From positions 62,760 through 126,759 of the forward strand of contig JAVVGL010000004.1 of NCBI GenBank assembly GCA_032249135.1: a DNA stretch of 64,000 bases, given 5' to 3'. This document shows, in pieces, positions 1-10,734 of this stretch. Under the pieces are notes generated by a model, which saw only the letters and a program-made list of their open reading frames with translations, was not told the origin of the DNA and ran no database searches. Made by a program: the position numbers and the translations under genes. The number at the start of each line of letters is the position of its first letter. Position 1 is the first letter of the stretch. This DNA comes from Candidatus Calescibacterium sp. (GTDB lineage: Bacteria > Calescibacteriota > Calescibacteriia > Calescibacteriales > Calescibacteriaceae).

Positions 1-1950
1 TTAGAAGAGAAAGTTTTGAGTTCTTTTGAGTTTTCTCCCTCTGGTATTGAATCTGGTATTGAAAATCAGTTTGTTTCAGCTAAATTAGAGAAAAAAGACG
101 ATTTCGCTGTTATTTATGTGAGATCAAAGCTTTACGACTTTGATTTCAAGCAGGATATTTTACCTTTTATAGAACTTGAATTTCTATGTGGTGATAAAGA
201 AAGATTTTTCGGTTTCGGCTCGTGGGCAGATTATGCCGACGCAACAGGAAGGAAAAGACTGATATACACACAAGAACAGCATGTTGGAGGAGAAATGACA
301 GATGATGGAAAAATAGTAAATCAGCCATGGCCTTTTGGTGAATTACTAACTTATTTTCCTGTTCCATTTTTTGTTTCTTCTCAAAACTATGCATTTTTTG
401 TCACAGGATTTGACCCTATCGTTTTTTCCATATGTGAAGATGGGAAAGTATGGAAAGTCAAGGTTTTCAATAATTCCGCCACATTTTTTGTTTTTGGCTG
501 GAAAGAAAAACCCCTTGAAGCAATTAAAAAATTTACCGGAATTGTAGGCAGACAAAAAACTCCACCAATATGGGCTTTTGGAAACTGGATAGATGCGATA
601 GGAGGTCAGAAAAAAGTAGAAAATACAGCTCTTTTTTTGAGAGAAAATAAAATTCCTTCTTCTGCTATATGGACGGAAGATTGGGCAGGTGGTTTCAGGA
701 GAACAGAAGATATATACACAATAGAAGGTTGGGATACAGAACCATCTTATGAGCTTTATCCAGATATAAAATCTTTATCATCAAAACTTCACTCATTAGG
801 ATTTAGATTTTTGGGGTATTTCCACCATTTTGTCGGAAAAAATAAAAAAGCCTTTTCATACTTTCAGGAAAACGAACTTTTGCTAAAAGCAAAAGATGGA
901 AAAACAAGATTTGTTTTCTTTATACCAGAAGCTCAAGATGTTGGTTTGCTTGACCTTGAAAACCCAAAAACTTGGGAAGCTATGAAATCTATAATGAAAA
1001 GTGTGGCAAGTTTGGGCTTTTCCGGATGGATGGCTGACTTTGGAGAATGGGTAACTCCTGATATGATTTCATTTTCAGGTAAAACAGGTTGGCAACTTCA
1101 TAACCTTTATCCGTATCTTTGGGCAAAACTCAACAGAGAATTTTGGGAAGAGTTTTCTCAATCTGATTTTGTCTTCTTTTCAAGGTCTGGATTTACTGGT
1201 TCTTGGGTGTTTTCTCCTGTTGTTTGGCAAGGAGATCAGAACACATCTTTTGAAAGACTTGACGGTTTAGGTTCTGTTATACCATTGATTACATCTTTGG
1301 GATTTTCAGGGGTTCATAGTGTGGGACCTGACATAGCAGGGTACACATCGGGGGTTTTGAGTCAAAATTCAGATAAAGAGCTTTATATAAGGTGGACATC
1401 TTTGTGCGCCTTTTTGCCAATATTCAGAACTCATCACGGAGTTACACCAGAAAAAAATTGGAGATTTACAAAAGATGATGAAACTCTTTCTATTTTCAGA
1501 AAATATGCTCAAATTCATATAAAACTTGCTCCTTTCTTTTTCGGCATCGCAAAAGAGGGAGAACAAAAAGGGTATCCAGCGGTAAGACATATATTTTTGG
1601 AGTATCCAGATGTTGTTCAGTTCATACCTGAAAAGTTAGAGGTTATAGAACAAGAGTTTCTGCTTGGAGGAAAGATGTTAGTTGCTCCAATTGTCAGGAG
1701 AGGTGAAACAAAGAGAGAAGTTTTCATACCACCGGGAAAATGGGTTGATTTTTTCTCTCAAAAAGAATTTGATGGGGAACAAAAAGGAAAATTTTTAGAA
1801 GTTGAAATACCTTTGGGAGAGATTTTTGTTCTCGTCAAAAAAGGCGAGTGCATTGAAATTTTTGACCCGGTTCTAGATACATTAAATCAAACTCAAAATC
1901 CTGAAATAATAGGGATAGATGATGTGCAGATAAAGAAAGTTTGTTTTTGA
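1..1950 (+). CDS. Glycoside hydrolase family 31 (YihQ-like alpha-glucosidase); probably 5'-truncated by the window edge
   Basis: Nucleophile motif GWMADFGE, acid/base WQGDQ, plus DIAGY and FRTHHG. The frame is open back to position 1, so the TTG at 16 may not be the true start. Confidence 0.85.
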   Translation, partial: LEEKVLSSFEFSPSGIESGIENQFVSAKLEKKDDFAVIYVRSKLYDFDFKQDILPFIELEFLCGDKERFFGFGSWADYADATGRKRLIYTQEQHVGGEMTDDGKIVNQPWPFGELLTYFPVPFFVSSQNYAFFVTGFDPIVFSICEDGKVWKVKVFNNSATFFVFGWKEKPLEAIKKFTGIVGRQKTPPIWAFGNWIDAIGGQKKVENTALFLRENKIPSSAIWTEDWAGGFRRTEDIYTIEGWDTEPSYELYPDIKSLSSKLHSLGFRFLGYFHHFVGKNKKAFSYFQENELLLKAKDGKTRFVFFIPEAQDVGLLDLENPKTWEAMKSIMKSVASLGFSGWMADFGEWVTPDMISFSGKTGWQLHNLYPYLWAKLNREFWEEFSQSDFVFFSRSGFTGSWVFSPVVWQGDQNTSFERLDGLGSVIPLITSLGFSGVHSVGPDIAGYTSGVLSQNSDKELYIRWTSLCAFLPIFRTHHGVTPEKNWRFTKDDETLSIFRKYAQIHIKLAPFFFGIAKEGEQKGYPAVRHIFLEYPDVVQFIPEKLEVIEQEFLLGGKMLVAPIVRRGETKREVFIPPGKWVDFFSQKEFDGEQKGKFLEVEIPLGEIFVLVKKGECIEIFDPVLDTLNQTQNPEIIGIDDVQIKKVCF

Positions 1951-2008
1951 TAAAGAAAATTTTTTGAGTCAGTTTTTTGAACTCAGTTTCTTGATGATTT
2001 TTTGAAAA

Positions 2009-3052
2009 TCAGTCTAATCCCTGTTTTTTTCTTTCCTGAAAAGATATTTTTCTGTTTTTGACATACCAGTTGTAAGTTTGTTCAAGGCAAAGTTCTGGTG
2101 TGAATTTTGGGGAAAAACCTAATATTTCTTTTGCTTTTTTTATGCTATAATGAGCTCCAGTTAAAGCAAAGGGAATAAGCTCTTGTGGAGTATGAAAAAG
2201 TGGAATAAATGGCAATTTCATCGCTAAAATTATTCCTAATTTCACAATCGGAAGCGGTACTTTTATAATTTTCGTCTTACTTTTTACTCTTTTTATGAAG
2301 CTATCAAACACATCTATTACGGGAGGTGCGATCTCTGATGATATGTTAAAAACATCATGATTTTTGCCGATTTTATTTGTTCCCGACATTTTTTCAAGTG
2401 TTTTCAAAGATAAAATGAAAGCCTCGGCTGCATCTTCTGCATGAACACAAGTAAATGGTATTTTGGGATCACAAAATAAAAACAAAGGTAATCCAAGTCT
2501 TACTAAATCAAAAATAAATGTTATAGACCTTTCATGATAGAAACCTTCTCCGAAAATCATAGGTAATCTCAAAGATATTGCAAAAATTTTGTTTTGTGAG
2601 CAAGCTTTGTCAAGTAATCTTTCACATTCAAATTTATGTCTGCTATACGCACCTGTAAAAGCAGGAGTATCTTCTTCTGAAAGTGGATACTTTTTTTGTG
2701 GTCCAAAAATTTCTGTTGTTGAAGCAAAAACAATAAATCTAACATTATGTGATATACAAGACTGAATAACATTTTTTGTTCCGTTGACATTTATATCATA
2801 TAAGTTCTTTTCTCCGAGTCTTTTTTCCCATTGGGGCATCCTTCCTGCAAGGTGAAAAACAGTATCTACTCCTTTTACTGCATCATTTACCTTATTTGAA
2901 TCTCTTATATCTCCTTGTATCCAGTCTATTTTACTGAATTCATGAGGTGGTGGAAAAAGATCAAAACCTTTTACCTCAAACCCGTAACTTATTAGTTTTC
3001 TTATTACGTATCTTCCTAAAAGTCCCCCAGCCCCTGTAACCAAAACTTTCAT
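2009..3052 (-). CDS. NAD-dependent epimerase/dehydratase (extended SDR)
   Basis: TGAGGLLG Rossmann motif, FHLAG, NVNGT and catalytic YSRHK. Confidence 0.88.
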   Translation of the reverse strand: MKVLVTGAGGLLGRYVIRKLISYGFEVKGFDLFPPPHEFSKIDWIQGDIRDSNKVNDAVKGVDTVFHLAGRMPQWEKRLGEKNLYDINVNGTKNVIQSCISHNVRFIVFASTTEIFGPQKKYPLSEEDTPAFTGAYSRHKFECERLLDKACSQNKIFAISLRLPMIFGEGFYHERSITFIFDLVRLGLPLFLFCDPKIPFTCVHAEDAAEAFILSLKTLEKMSGTNKIGKNHDVFNISSEIAPPVIDVFDSFIKRVKSKTKIIKVPLPIVKLGIILAMKLPFIPLFHTPQELIPFALTGAHYSIKKAKEILGFSPKFTPELCLEQTYNWYVKNRKISFQERKKQGLD

Positions 3053-3166
3053 TCTTTTGGATGTAGATTTCTAATTTACAGAGTTATATTTGTAAAACAA
3101 AAATTTGTAAAATTGCTTAAAGTATAATATGAAAAAATCAAAAAATAGCAGAAAGGAGGTAGTAAT

Positions 3167-4552
3167 ATGGTAAGAAACGAAAACAAAAAAGATCAAAAAG
3201 GAAATATAGTAAAAGTAAAAAAGTTTTTACCTTTTGTAATATTGTTGGCGGTTATATCTTCTTTTTATTCGGTTTTTTTAGTTTCTCATTCTGTTGCCGA
3301 GCCTATGGATTTTTATTGCTCCGGACCCAAATCTCGTATGACCGGATGCACAGGTATTGCGGCTTCCAGTGGTTATGAATCTGCTTTCTTTAACCCTGCT
3401 CTTATATCTGCTAAAAAGAATTTTGGTCTTGGATATCTTTTTGCATCTCAAAAAGTTGAAGTTGAATTGAACGGGAAAAAATTAGATAAGGTTGGAAATC
3501 CTCTTGAAAATGTTTCTCAAATTAATGCTGGTCTTTCTTGGCGTTTATCTGATTTGCCTATTTTTGAGGAAAGTAAGGTCCTTGAACACATATCAATCGG
3601 TTTGGCTGCTTTTTTGCCAACCGGAAAACAGCTAATAAGAGTTGGAAATGTTGAAACAAAAACACCATCAACTCTCCTTTATGGCAACAGAAACTCCCGT
3701 TTCTCTACATTTGCAGGACTTTCAGGAAACATCCCTGTAGCTGAAAATTTTAAATTGTTTTTAGGTGCAGGGGGATATTTCTTTGCAGATCTTCCAATTT
3801 TTATTGATGCTAATTTATCTCCTGATAAAGACCTTGTTATTATTGATGGTGCTCTTGAAGGTAAACCTGGATTTATTGGTGGTGCAGCAGTGGAGTACTC
3901 ATCAGAAAATATATATATGAGAGTTGGAGGAGTTGGGAGATCATCTCTTTATATAAATATACCAACAAAAGTTAATGCTTATCTTACGGGAGAGAAAATT
4001 CTGTCTCTAATGGCTGCCTTGGTAGATTCTTTTGTGCCGGGACTTTTTGGAGGTGGGTTAGCAGGTGGATATAAATCAGAAGCTTTTAGTATTCATCTTG
4101 GGTTTGATTTTGCAAGATATCAGTTCTCAAAGTTCAAACCATCTCTTTTAGAGGTTCAAAGTATTGAGCCGCAGGAAATCGGAGGAACTTTATCTGGTCT
4201 CTTACCGAAACACGAGCTAAAATTAAAAGATGTAAATGTAATAAAAGTTGGAGGTATGGGGGAAATACCAGCTGGTAAAACAAAATTTCTCATAGGAGCA
4301 GGTCTTTCTTTGTTCCCATCACCTTTTGAAAATCAGACAAACCTTTTCTTCGTTGATTCCGATAGAACGATTGTGTCTGGCGGATTAGGAATTTCTGCTC
4401 CGTCTCCCTTTTTAGTCAAAGGTGATTTGGAGTTCATAGTTTCAGGGCAACTTCATATGATATCTCAAAAACAAATTTCTTCACAAGGAAAAACAGCTTC
4501 TATCAAAGGCAATTTACCAGTTATATCTGCCGTTTTAAACATAAACTACTGA
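3167..4552 (+). CDS. OmpP1/FadL/TodX-like outer-membrane transporter for hydrophobic compounds
   Basis: Signal peptide, AFFNPA plug motif near the N-terminus, alternating beta-strand pattern, C-terminal aromatic residue (LNINY). GGAGG RBS upstream. Confidence 0.65.
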   Translation: MVRNENKKDQKGNIVKVKKFLPFVILLAVISSFYSVFLVSHSVAEPMDFYCSGPKSRMTGCTGIAASSGYESAFFNPALISAKKNFGLGYLFASQKVEVELNGKKLDKVGNPLENVSQINAGLSWRLSDLPIFEESKVLEHISIGLAAFLPTGKQLIRVGNVETKTPSTLLYGNRNSRFSTFAGLSGNIPVAENFKLFLGAGGYFFADLPIFIDANLSPDKDLVIIDGALEGKPGFIGGAAVEYSSENIYMRVGGVGRSSLYINIPTKVNAYLTGEKILSLMAALVDSFVPGLFGGGLAGGYKSEAFSIHLGFDFARYQFSKFKPSLLEVQSIEPQEIGGTLSGLLPKHELKLKDVNVIKVGGMGEIPAGKTKFLIGAGLSLFPSPFENQTNLFFVDSDRTIVSGGLGISAPSPFLVKGDLEFIVSGQLHMISQKQISSQGKTASIKGNLPVISAVLNINY

Positions 4553-4722
4553 TTTTATGAACATAAACAAACTGTAACTTTTGATAGGTTTTTGTAGATT
4601 TTTTTCGTAGAAGAAAGATTTTTGACTTTCGCATCCATTTGATAAAATTCATTATTGATACAAAAAATAAATAGCAATATAAAATACCAATTTTTCAGAG
4701 TTAAAAAGGAGGAAAAAATCTT

Positions 4723-6249
4723 ATGATAGGTGCAGATGAAATATCAAGTATTATAAAGGAAAGAATAAAGGGAACAGACTTTGAAGCTCGCTTTGATGAA
4801 ATAGGAGTGGTCACATATGTTGGAGATTATATTGCACGAGCCTATGGACTCTGGGAAGCTATGGCTGGTGAGGTCGTTGAATTCTCATCGGGACACAAAG
4901 GAATAATCCTAAACCTTGAAGAAGAATCAGTCGGAATAGCTATAACGGGTTCGACGGAAGGAATAAAAGAAGGAGATATAGTTAAAAGAACGGGAAAGCT
5001 TTTTGAGGTTCCGGTTGGAAAAGCTGTTCTCGGAAGAGTAATAAACGCGATCGGAGAGCCAATAGATGGTCTCGGTCCAATTTCTTATGAGGAAACAAGA
5101 AGAGTTGAGGTTAAAGCTCCCGGTGTTATAATGAGGCAACCTGTAAGAGAACCTTTGCAGACCGGAATTAAAGCAATTGATGCTATGATACCGATAGGGA
5201 GAGGTCAGAGAGAGTTGATAATAGGAGATAGGCAAACCGGAAAGACTACGATTGCTATTGATACTATAATAAATCAAAAGTATGCAGAACCTCCTGTCTA
5301 CTGTATATATGTTGCAATAGGGCAAAAGCTTCAATCTATTGCACAGGTTATAGATACCCTCAAAAAATTTGGAGCTATGGAATACACTACCGTTGTCGTT
5401 GCATCTGCCTCTGAACCTCCGACTTTGCAATATATCGCACCTTATGTTGGATGCACAATAGGAGAATATTTCAGAGATAACGGAATGCATGCTCTTATTA
5501 TTTATGATGACCTATCAAAACATGCACAAGCATACAGAGCTCTTGCTCTACTTCTGAGAAGACCGCCCGGAAGAGAAGCTTATCCCGGAGATGTGTTTTA
5601 TCTACATTCAAGACTTCTTGAACGCGCAGCTAAACTATCTGATGAGCTTGGAGGAGGGTCCCTTACTGCTTTACCAATAATTGAAACCCAAGCAGGAGAT
5701 GTCTCTGCATACATACCAACAAATGTTATTTCAATAACAGATGGACAGATCTATCTTGAACCAGAACTTTTCTATGCGGGAATTCGCCCAGCGATAAATG
5801 TCGGAATTTCTGTATCTCGCGTTGGTGGTAATGCTCAAATAAAAGCTATGAAAAAAGTTGCTGGTATGCTCAGACTTGAACTCGCTCAATATAGAGAACT
5901 TGAAACTTTTGCTCAATTCGGTTCAGACCTTGATCCTGCAACTTTGAAACAAATAGAAAGGGGAAGAAGGCTTACAGAAATTTTAAAGCAAAATCCTCAC
6001 GAGGTTCTTCCGGTTGAAAAGCAAATCGTAATAATATATGCAGGAACAAGAGGGTATCTTGATAAATATCCTGTTCAGCTCTGCCGAAAATACGAAGAAG
6101 AACTCTATAAATTTTTAGAATCAAAATATCCTGATATTTTCAAAGATATAAAGGAAAAGAAAGATTTGACGCCCGAGATTGAAGAAAAGCTCAAAAAAGC
6201 TCTTGATGATTTTGATTCGTATTTTTCTTCTCTTGTAAAACAACTATAG
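4723..6249 (+). CDS. atpA: F0F1 ATP synthase subunit alpha
   Basis: [40 protein letters not shown] and [13 protein letters not shown] motifs; AGGAGG RBS. Confidence 0.98.
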   Translation: MIGADEISSIIKERIKGTDFEARFDEIGVVTYVGDYIARAYGLWEAMAGEVVEFSSGHKGIILNLEEESVGIAITGSTEGIKEGDIVKRTGKLFEVPVGKAVLGRVINAIGEPIDGLGPISYEETRRVEVKAPGVIMRQPVREPLQTGIKAIDAMIPIGRGQRELIIGDRQTGKTTIAIDTIINQKYAEPPVYCIYVAIGQKLQSIAQVIDTLKKFGAMEYTTVVVASASEPPTLQYIAPYVGCTIGEYFRDNGMHALIIYDDLSKHAQAYRALALLLRRPPGREAYPGDVFYLHSRLLERAAKLSDELGGGSLTALPIIETQAGDVSAYIPTNVISITDGQIYLEPELFYAGIRPAINVGISVSRVGGNAQIKAMKKVAGMLRLELAQYRELETFAQFGSDLDPATLKQIERGRRLTEILKQNPHEVLPVEKQIVIIYAGTRGYLDKYPVQLCRKYEEELYKFLESKYPDIFKDIKEKKDLTPEIEEKLKKALDDFDSYFSSLVKQL

Positions 6250-6482
6250 ATGTGAGGAAAGTTATTTTTCACTTAGCTTAATTTTTTGTAAAATACCTCC
6301 GAAATCTTATTTTAGTTCAAATAGTTGTTAATGCTAAATATTTGTTTCAGGAAGAAACTTTCATATTTGAAAATTACAAATCCTGGAAAAAATTTGATTT
6401 TTTTGCTCAAAAATGCAAAAATTTGGTTTTTGATCGCTTTCTTTCCCTTATCTGATGAGGGCTCCAAAAGTTGTTCAAAATC

Positions 6483-6511
6483 TTGACTTTTTTTTTTGAA
6501 GTGATTATATT
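6483..6511 (+). promoter_or_regulatory. Sigma70-type promoter for the large surface protein gene
   Basis: TTGACT (6483-6488), 17-nt spacer, TATATT (6506-6511); AGGAGG RBS then ATG at 6549. Confidence 0.55.
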
Positions 6512-6548
6512 TTTTCATATAAAAAAAACAAAAAAGGAGGTAAAAAAC

Positions 6549-9500
6549 ATGGGGAATAAAAAATTAATGTGTGGAGTATTGATGGTGGTTTTTGGATTTT
6601 TTGTGGCTTTGTTTTTGACGGCAGGTTCGGCAAACGCAAAAAGACTCCAAGAAATGCACCACTCAATAACCTTGGATACTGGTAACCCATATTCTGCTGG
6701 TCCAAAAGACCCTATAAGATGGGGCGGACTTCCTCAGGTTGCTCCCGGTTTTATAACTCGTACTGCGCTTGAAAAACATAATCTTGTGATAAGATTAACA
6801 CAAGGGGGACTTAATGAAATAGGAAATCTTATTTCAGATATACTAAAATATGACCCATCGGTAGCTAACCTTATAAATTACTTTGCAATGTCATTTTTAG
6901 ATAGATGCACAGATACAAAAGTTGTCGCAGACTTTTGGGACTCTTTATTTGAATTTCAAGAGTGGCTTACACAAAACTATTCAAATAATGCAACAAAATA
7001 TTATTACTACCAAACCGTAGCAACAACTGCCTGTGGAATATTCCCTTCTTCTCCTGGTTTTAGCTACGGAGAAGGTACAACACACTGCTTTGGAAATGGA
7101 ATTTATTTTGAATATATAGGTGGATACAACCCAACGGGAACATGGGATGAAGGAACAAATATGTGCAAAGACGACGGAAAAGGTCTTTTTTCTATGTGCT
7201 TACCTATCCCGCTTCTTAATGATGAAGGTGCTCCAATATGCGTTAATGCTGTAATCTATGGGCAAGAAAGAAATAAACAACCTTATCCGCCAACAATATT
7301 CTTCTCGGGAGGTTTTTATTGGCGACCGTTTGGAAAATGTGCTTCTGATTTGCCAGGTATCTGTCCTACATCACAAGGATGGGATAACTATTACTTTTTG
7401 GATAGGGTAACAGGAAATAGATTAATAGCAGATTATAATAGGAATGGTATAAGGGTAACACTCCAACAGAATATAGGAACAGATTATCCTGCAACTGCTA
7501 CATGTGAGGGAGATTTGACAGAACATACATCAGATGATAGATTAGATATCGGTATTGAGTTACCAAACTTTGAAATAGCCCTAACATTTACATCTCCTTT
7601 TGTGGATTCTCAAACAAGATATGTTGATTGTAACTGGGTTTCAGGTACTTGTCAGTTTAGAGACGGTGTTACGAGTTTCCCGAACGAGCTTTCTTTCTGT
7701 TTCAAAAACAGAGCTGCTGTAAGTGATAACCATATATGCGACCCACAATATGATAACGGAGCAACAGGGTATAAATATGATCCAGCTCGTGTTATTTCAA
7801 ACTACATAAATGGAAGGGCATATATAAGAATACCAATTTTAGCTTTAAGAGTAGGGATACAAATAAAAGGAAACTTCACAGACTTTACCAACTATAGAGA
7901 TTGGGAACACATGGTGAGAGGTCTCGGAATAAACTTGAAAGCATTAGATGTTGTAGCAGGTGTCGCATATGACTTTGTTCCTATGAGCGCATCAATAACA
8001 ACCCCTGCTTGTTGGTCCACTTCGTGGAACCAAGTAGGGTCTGTTCAGTATTGTCCAGAATACAGGGTATCACAGAAATTTGCAAAAACTCTGCTGTGGC
8101 TTGATGCAGTAATAAGAATGATCGCTGTTGATACCTTTGATGTATCTTGTATTTCTGGTCACACGGTAACTCAATACGATACTTGTGTTGCATATTTCCT
8201 TTTCCCGGGACAAGTCTTTGATTTGAAAGATATAATAAAGAACTTGAACCCAATAGATCACCCGTTGGAGGAGGTTGTTTATGTGGGACCGACAACATAT
8301 TATGAGCACAAACCAAATAAGATTTTCATTGATTTTGGTTTCACAAACGATTTCTGGGCAGATTCAGCCGGAATAATTATAGCGGCTAATGTCGGAGTTG
8401 ATATAAGATATGTTATGTGGAACTCCTCAGCTACAAGCATAACATATGTCAAAAGAGACTACTCAGTATTTAATGATTATGTTTCAACTTGCGTACAATT
8501 TGCTTCTTTTGTAACTGCTGCTACAAGCCCAATAATACCAATACCTGAATGCCAACCACAAACAGGGTGTCCATCTACTGTAAGAACTGTGTCAACTTGT
8601 CCTATTGTAAACGGTGGTTTAAACCCGTATGTCTTTGCTACGGAATGGTTACCGCAAGCTCCTGCTCCATCGACCTTAGGAGAAGGTAGATATGGATACT
8701 CAATTACGAATTACTATGTGGGAATAGGAATTCACCACAACTTAATATCAAGGGTTCTTTTTGAAGCAATAGGAGATGGTCTTGCTTGCATATGGGTAGA
8801 TAAATACACACCTATGTTGGGAGGATTTGCCGGTGGTTTCTTGAAAACAGATTCATTTGGGTTCTTTATGCCACAACTCAAAGAAAAATACCCTGGAAAG
8901 GATATGGCGATTGAGATTATTCCAAACTACAAAGACCCAGGGAACCCATCTGGAAACTCGGGTGGAGCAGCTTCTTATAACACACCTCTATCTGTTGTAG
9001 CTTATGCAAAAACTGGTGGTCCAACTTTCAGACCCGTTCTTTCTGTCTATTCTTCAAACTCAACGAGAGTTAATTTCTGGAGTGAGTTTTTAGCGAATGC
9101 AACTTATGGTTCATCTTTTACGATGTTTGTTCAGCCATCAACTTGGTTTGATACAGCAGACCTTATGATAGATATTCCTTATCTTGACCTTTCATTTAAT
9201 GTGGTCACAACCGGTACTATAACAGATCCTATGGCAAGCCAAACATGGATGAGAATTTTTGGTTTAACAGTTGGGCTTATGCTATCCGTTGATATAGATA
9301 TAGTGCCGTGTGTCTCTCCTGACTGTGCGAGAACGGTTGAATTTCCTCCTTACGAATCTATTGATTTTTCACAGCCATTAACATCAGTTTTAAGAGATTA
9401 TTATACTGGTCAATACTTGAACGAAACTACAAATTACTTCCCATATGGTGGTACATTTGCGAGAGTTATAGACTTGACCTTGTATGTGGATCCAGATGTA

Positions 9501-10568
9501 AGATACTTTATAGCATATAACACAAATGCTCTTGGGCTTTCTGGCTCTGATTGGTCTGAAATACTTGGTAATATTTTACCTGTTATCTTGAATGCAGTTG
9601 CTGGTGCAAAATTAAGAGTGGCATTTGACCCAGCAGCTCTTTTGCAGCTCCCAATTGAGCTTAACTTCCCATGGGTCGGTCCGGAGTTCGGAACAACCTT
9701 GAACTGGGATCAACCATTTGCAGGAAATCCAAGAGACAATATCGGTGATTACTTTGAGATGTTTATACACTGGAGAGGAAGAGTCGGACTTGCTCGTATA
9801 GTTAAAATTCTCAAGAGTTTCGGTATAGATATCGTTGATATAATTGGTGGAGTTGCTGGACTTTCACCGAAAGCGGTAAATCTCCACCTTGCTGATGGAA
9901 ATATGAGAAATGGCTTCAAAGTCACACCACCTGAAACATTCATAACATATACATCAGATCCACACGCTCTTTATACAAAAATTGAGTTTTCAGCTTGGTC
10001 CCCTGATAGTTCAAAGTTCAGATACTCTTGGAGACTTGATGGCGGAACATGGAACCTCTGGCAAAGAGAAAACTCAGTAGTTCTTACTCACCTACTTGAA
10101 GGATGGCATGTATTTGAGGTGAGAGCACAAGATGAAAATAAACTGATAGACCCAACTCCTGCAAGGTTTGTATTCAGAATAGACTCTCTCGGACCGGATA
10201 TAAGACTTACAGCACCTGATATGGTAAGAGGTTCAAAATTCAAAGCATTCGTAGATGTTCAAGACGCACAAGCGAAAAAATCGGAAACATTGGTGTCATG
10301 GAAATTAGATGATGCTGAGTGGAGTGAGTGGGTTCCGGCTTCTGAGATTACATCAATAGAGATAAACTCTCTTGCAAAAGGTGAGCATATTCTTCACATA
10401 AGGGCAAAAGATGATGTAGGAAATATATCAACATATTCACACAGGTTCTTTGTAACAGAAAAAGTGGGTGTTCTCGGTTGTTCATCAGCATCAGCAACCG
10501 GATTGCTCCCACTTATTGTTATGGTTTTGATTGGATTTGCTATCATATCAAGAAGGTTGAGAAAATAA
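6549..10568 (+). CDS. Large Cys-rich secreted surface protein with a BPI/TULIP-like region, C-terminal Ig-like domains and a MYXO-CTERM-like anchor
   Basis: Start moved from 6471 to the RBS-supported ATG at 6549. Signal peptide ending GSANA; LVIRLTQGGL; YSWRLDGG..GWHVFEVRAQD..DPTPA Ig-like repeats; C-terminal GCS-TM-RRLRK. Confidence 0.7.
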   Translation: MGNKKLMCGVLMVVFGFFVALFLTAGSANAKRLQEMHHSITLDTGNPYSAGPKDPIRWGGLPQVAPGFITRTALEKHNLVIRLTQGGLNEIGNLISDILKYDPSVANLINYFAMSFLDRCTDTKVVADFWDSLFEFQEWLTQNYSNNATKYYYYQTVATTACGIFPSSPGFSYGEGTTHCFGNGIYFEYIGGYNPTGTWDEGTNMCKDDGKGLFSMCLPIPLLNDEGAPICVNAVIYGQERNKQPYPPTIFFSGGFYWRPFGKCASDLPGICPTSQGWDNYYFLDRVTGNRLIADYNRNGIRVTLQQNIGTDYPATATCEGDLTEHTSDDRLDIGIELPNFEIALTFTSPFVDSQTRYVDCNWVSGTCQFRDGVTSFPNELSFCFKNRAAVSDNHICDPQYDNGATGYKYDPARVISNYINGRAYIRIPILALRVGIQIKGNFTDFTNYRDWEHMVRGLGINLKALDVVAGVAYDFVPMSASITTPACWSTSWNQVGSVQYCPEYRVSQKFAKTLLWLDAVIRMIAVDTFDVSCISGHTVTQYDTCVAYFLFPGQVFDLKDIIKNLNPIDHPLEEVVYVGPTTYYEHKPNKIFIDFGFTNDFWADSAGIIIAANVGVDIRYVMWNSSATSITYVKRDYSVFNDYVSTCVQFASFVTAATSPIIPIPECQPQTGCPSTVRTVSTCPIVNGGLNPYVFATEWLPQAPAPSTLGEGRYGYSITNYYVGIGIHHNLISRVLFEAIGDGLACIWVDKYTPMLGGFAGGFLKTDSFGFFMPQLKEKYPGKDMAIEIIPNYKDPGNPSGNSGGAASYNTPLSVVAYAKTGGPTFRPVLSVYSSNSTRVNFWSEFLANATYGSSFTMFVQPSTWFDTADLMIDIPYLDLSFNVVTTGTITDPMASQTWMRIFGLTVGLMLSVDIDIVPCVSPDCARTVEFPPYESIDFSQPLTSVLRDYYTGQYLNETTNYFPYGGTFARVIDLTLYVDPDVRYFIAYNTNALGLSGSDWSEILGNILPVILNAVAGAKLRVAFDPAALLQLPIELNFPWVGPEFGTTLNWDQPFAGNPRDNIGDYFEMFIHWRGRVGLARIVKILKSFGIDIVDIIGGVAGLSPKAVNLHLADGNMRNGFKVTPPETFITYTSDPHALYTKIEFSAWSPDSSKFRYSWRLDGGTWNLWQRENSVVLTHLLEGWHVFEVRAQDENKLIDPTPARFVFRIDSLGPDIRLTAPDMVRGSKFKAFVDVQDAQAKKSETLVSWKLDDAEWSEWVPASEITSIEINSLAKGEHILHIRAKDDVGNISTYSHRFFVTEKVGVLGCSSASATGLLPLIVMVLIGFAIISRRLRK

Positions 10569-10576
10569 TAACAAAG

Positions 10577-10624
10577 AAGGGGGACCTTTAAAAATCTGGA
10601 GATCCGGTCCCCCTTTTCTTTTTT
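10577..10624 (+). terminator. Intrinsic terminator
   Basis: AAGGGGGACC (10577-10586) pairs with GGTCCCCCTT (10606-10615), followed by a T-rich tract just after the stop codon. Confidence 0.65.
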
Positions 10625-10734
10625 CTCCTGTAATTTTTTCAACATTTTATCAATTGAGATTTTTTCTTTCTCTCAAAAAATATTACCTGAATTTAAACAA
10701 AAAGACGTAAAAGTGTTTTATTTTTATTTTTTTA

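Noticed and set aside
6471-6548. Extended N-terminus of the 1365-aa ORF
   Set aside because: It overlaps a good promoter and RBS; the signal peptide begins at ATG 6549.
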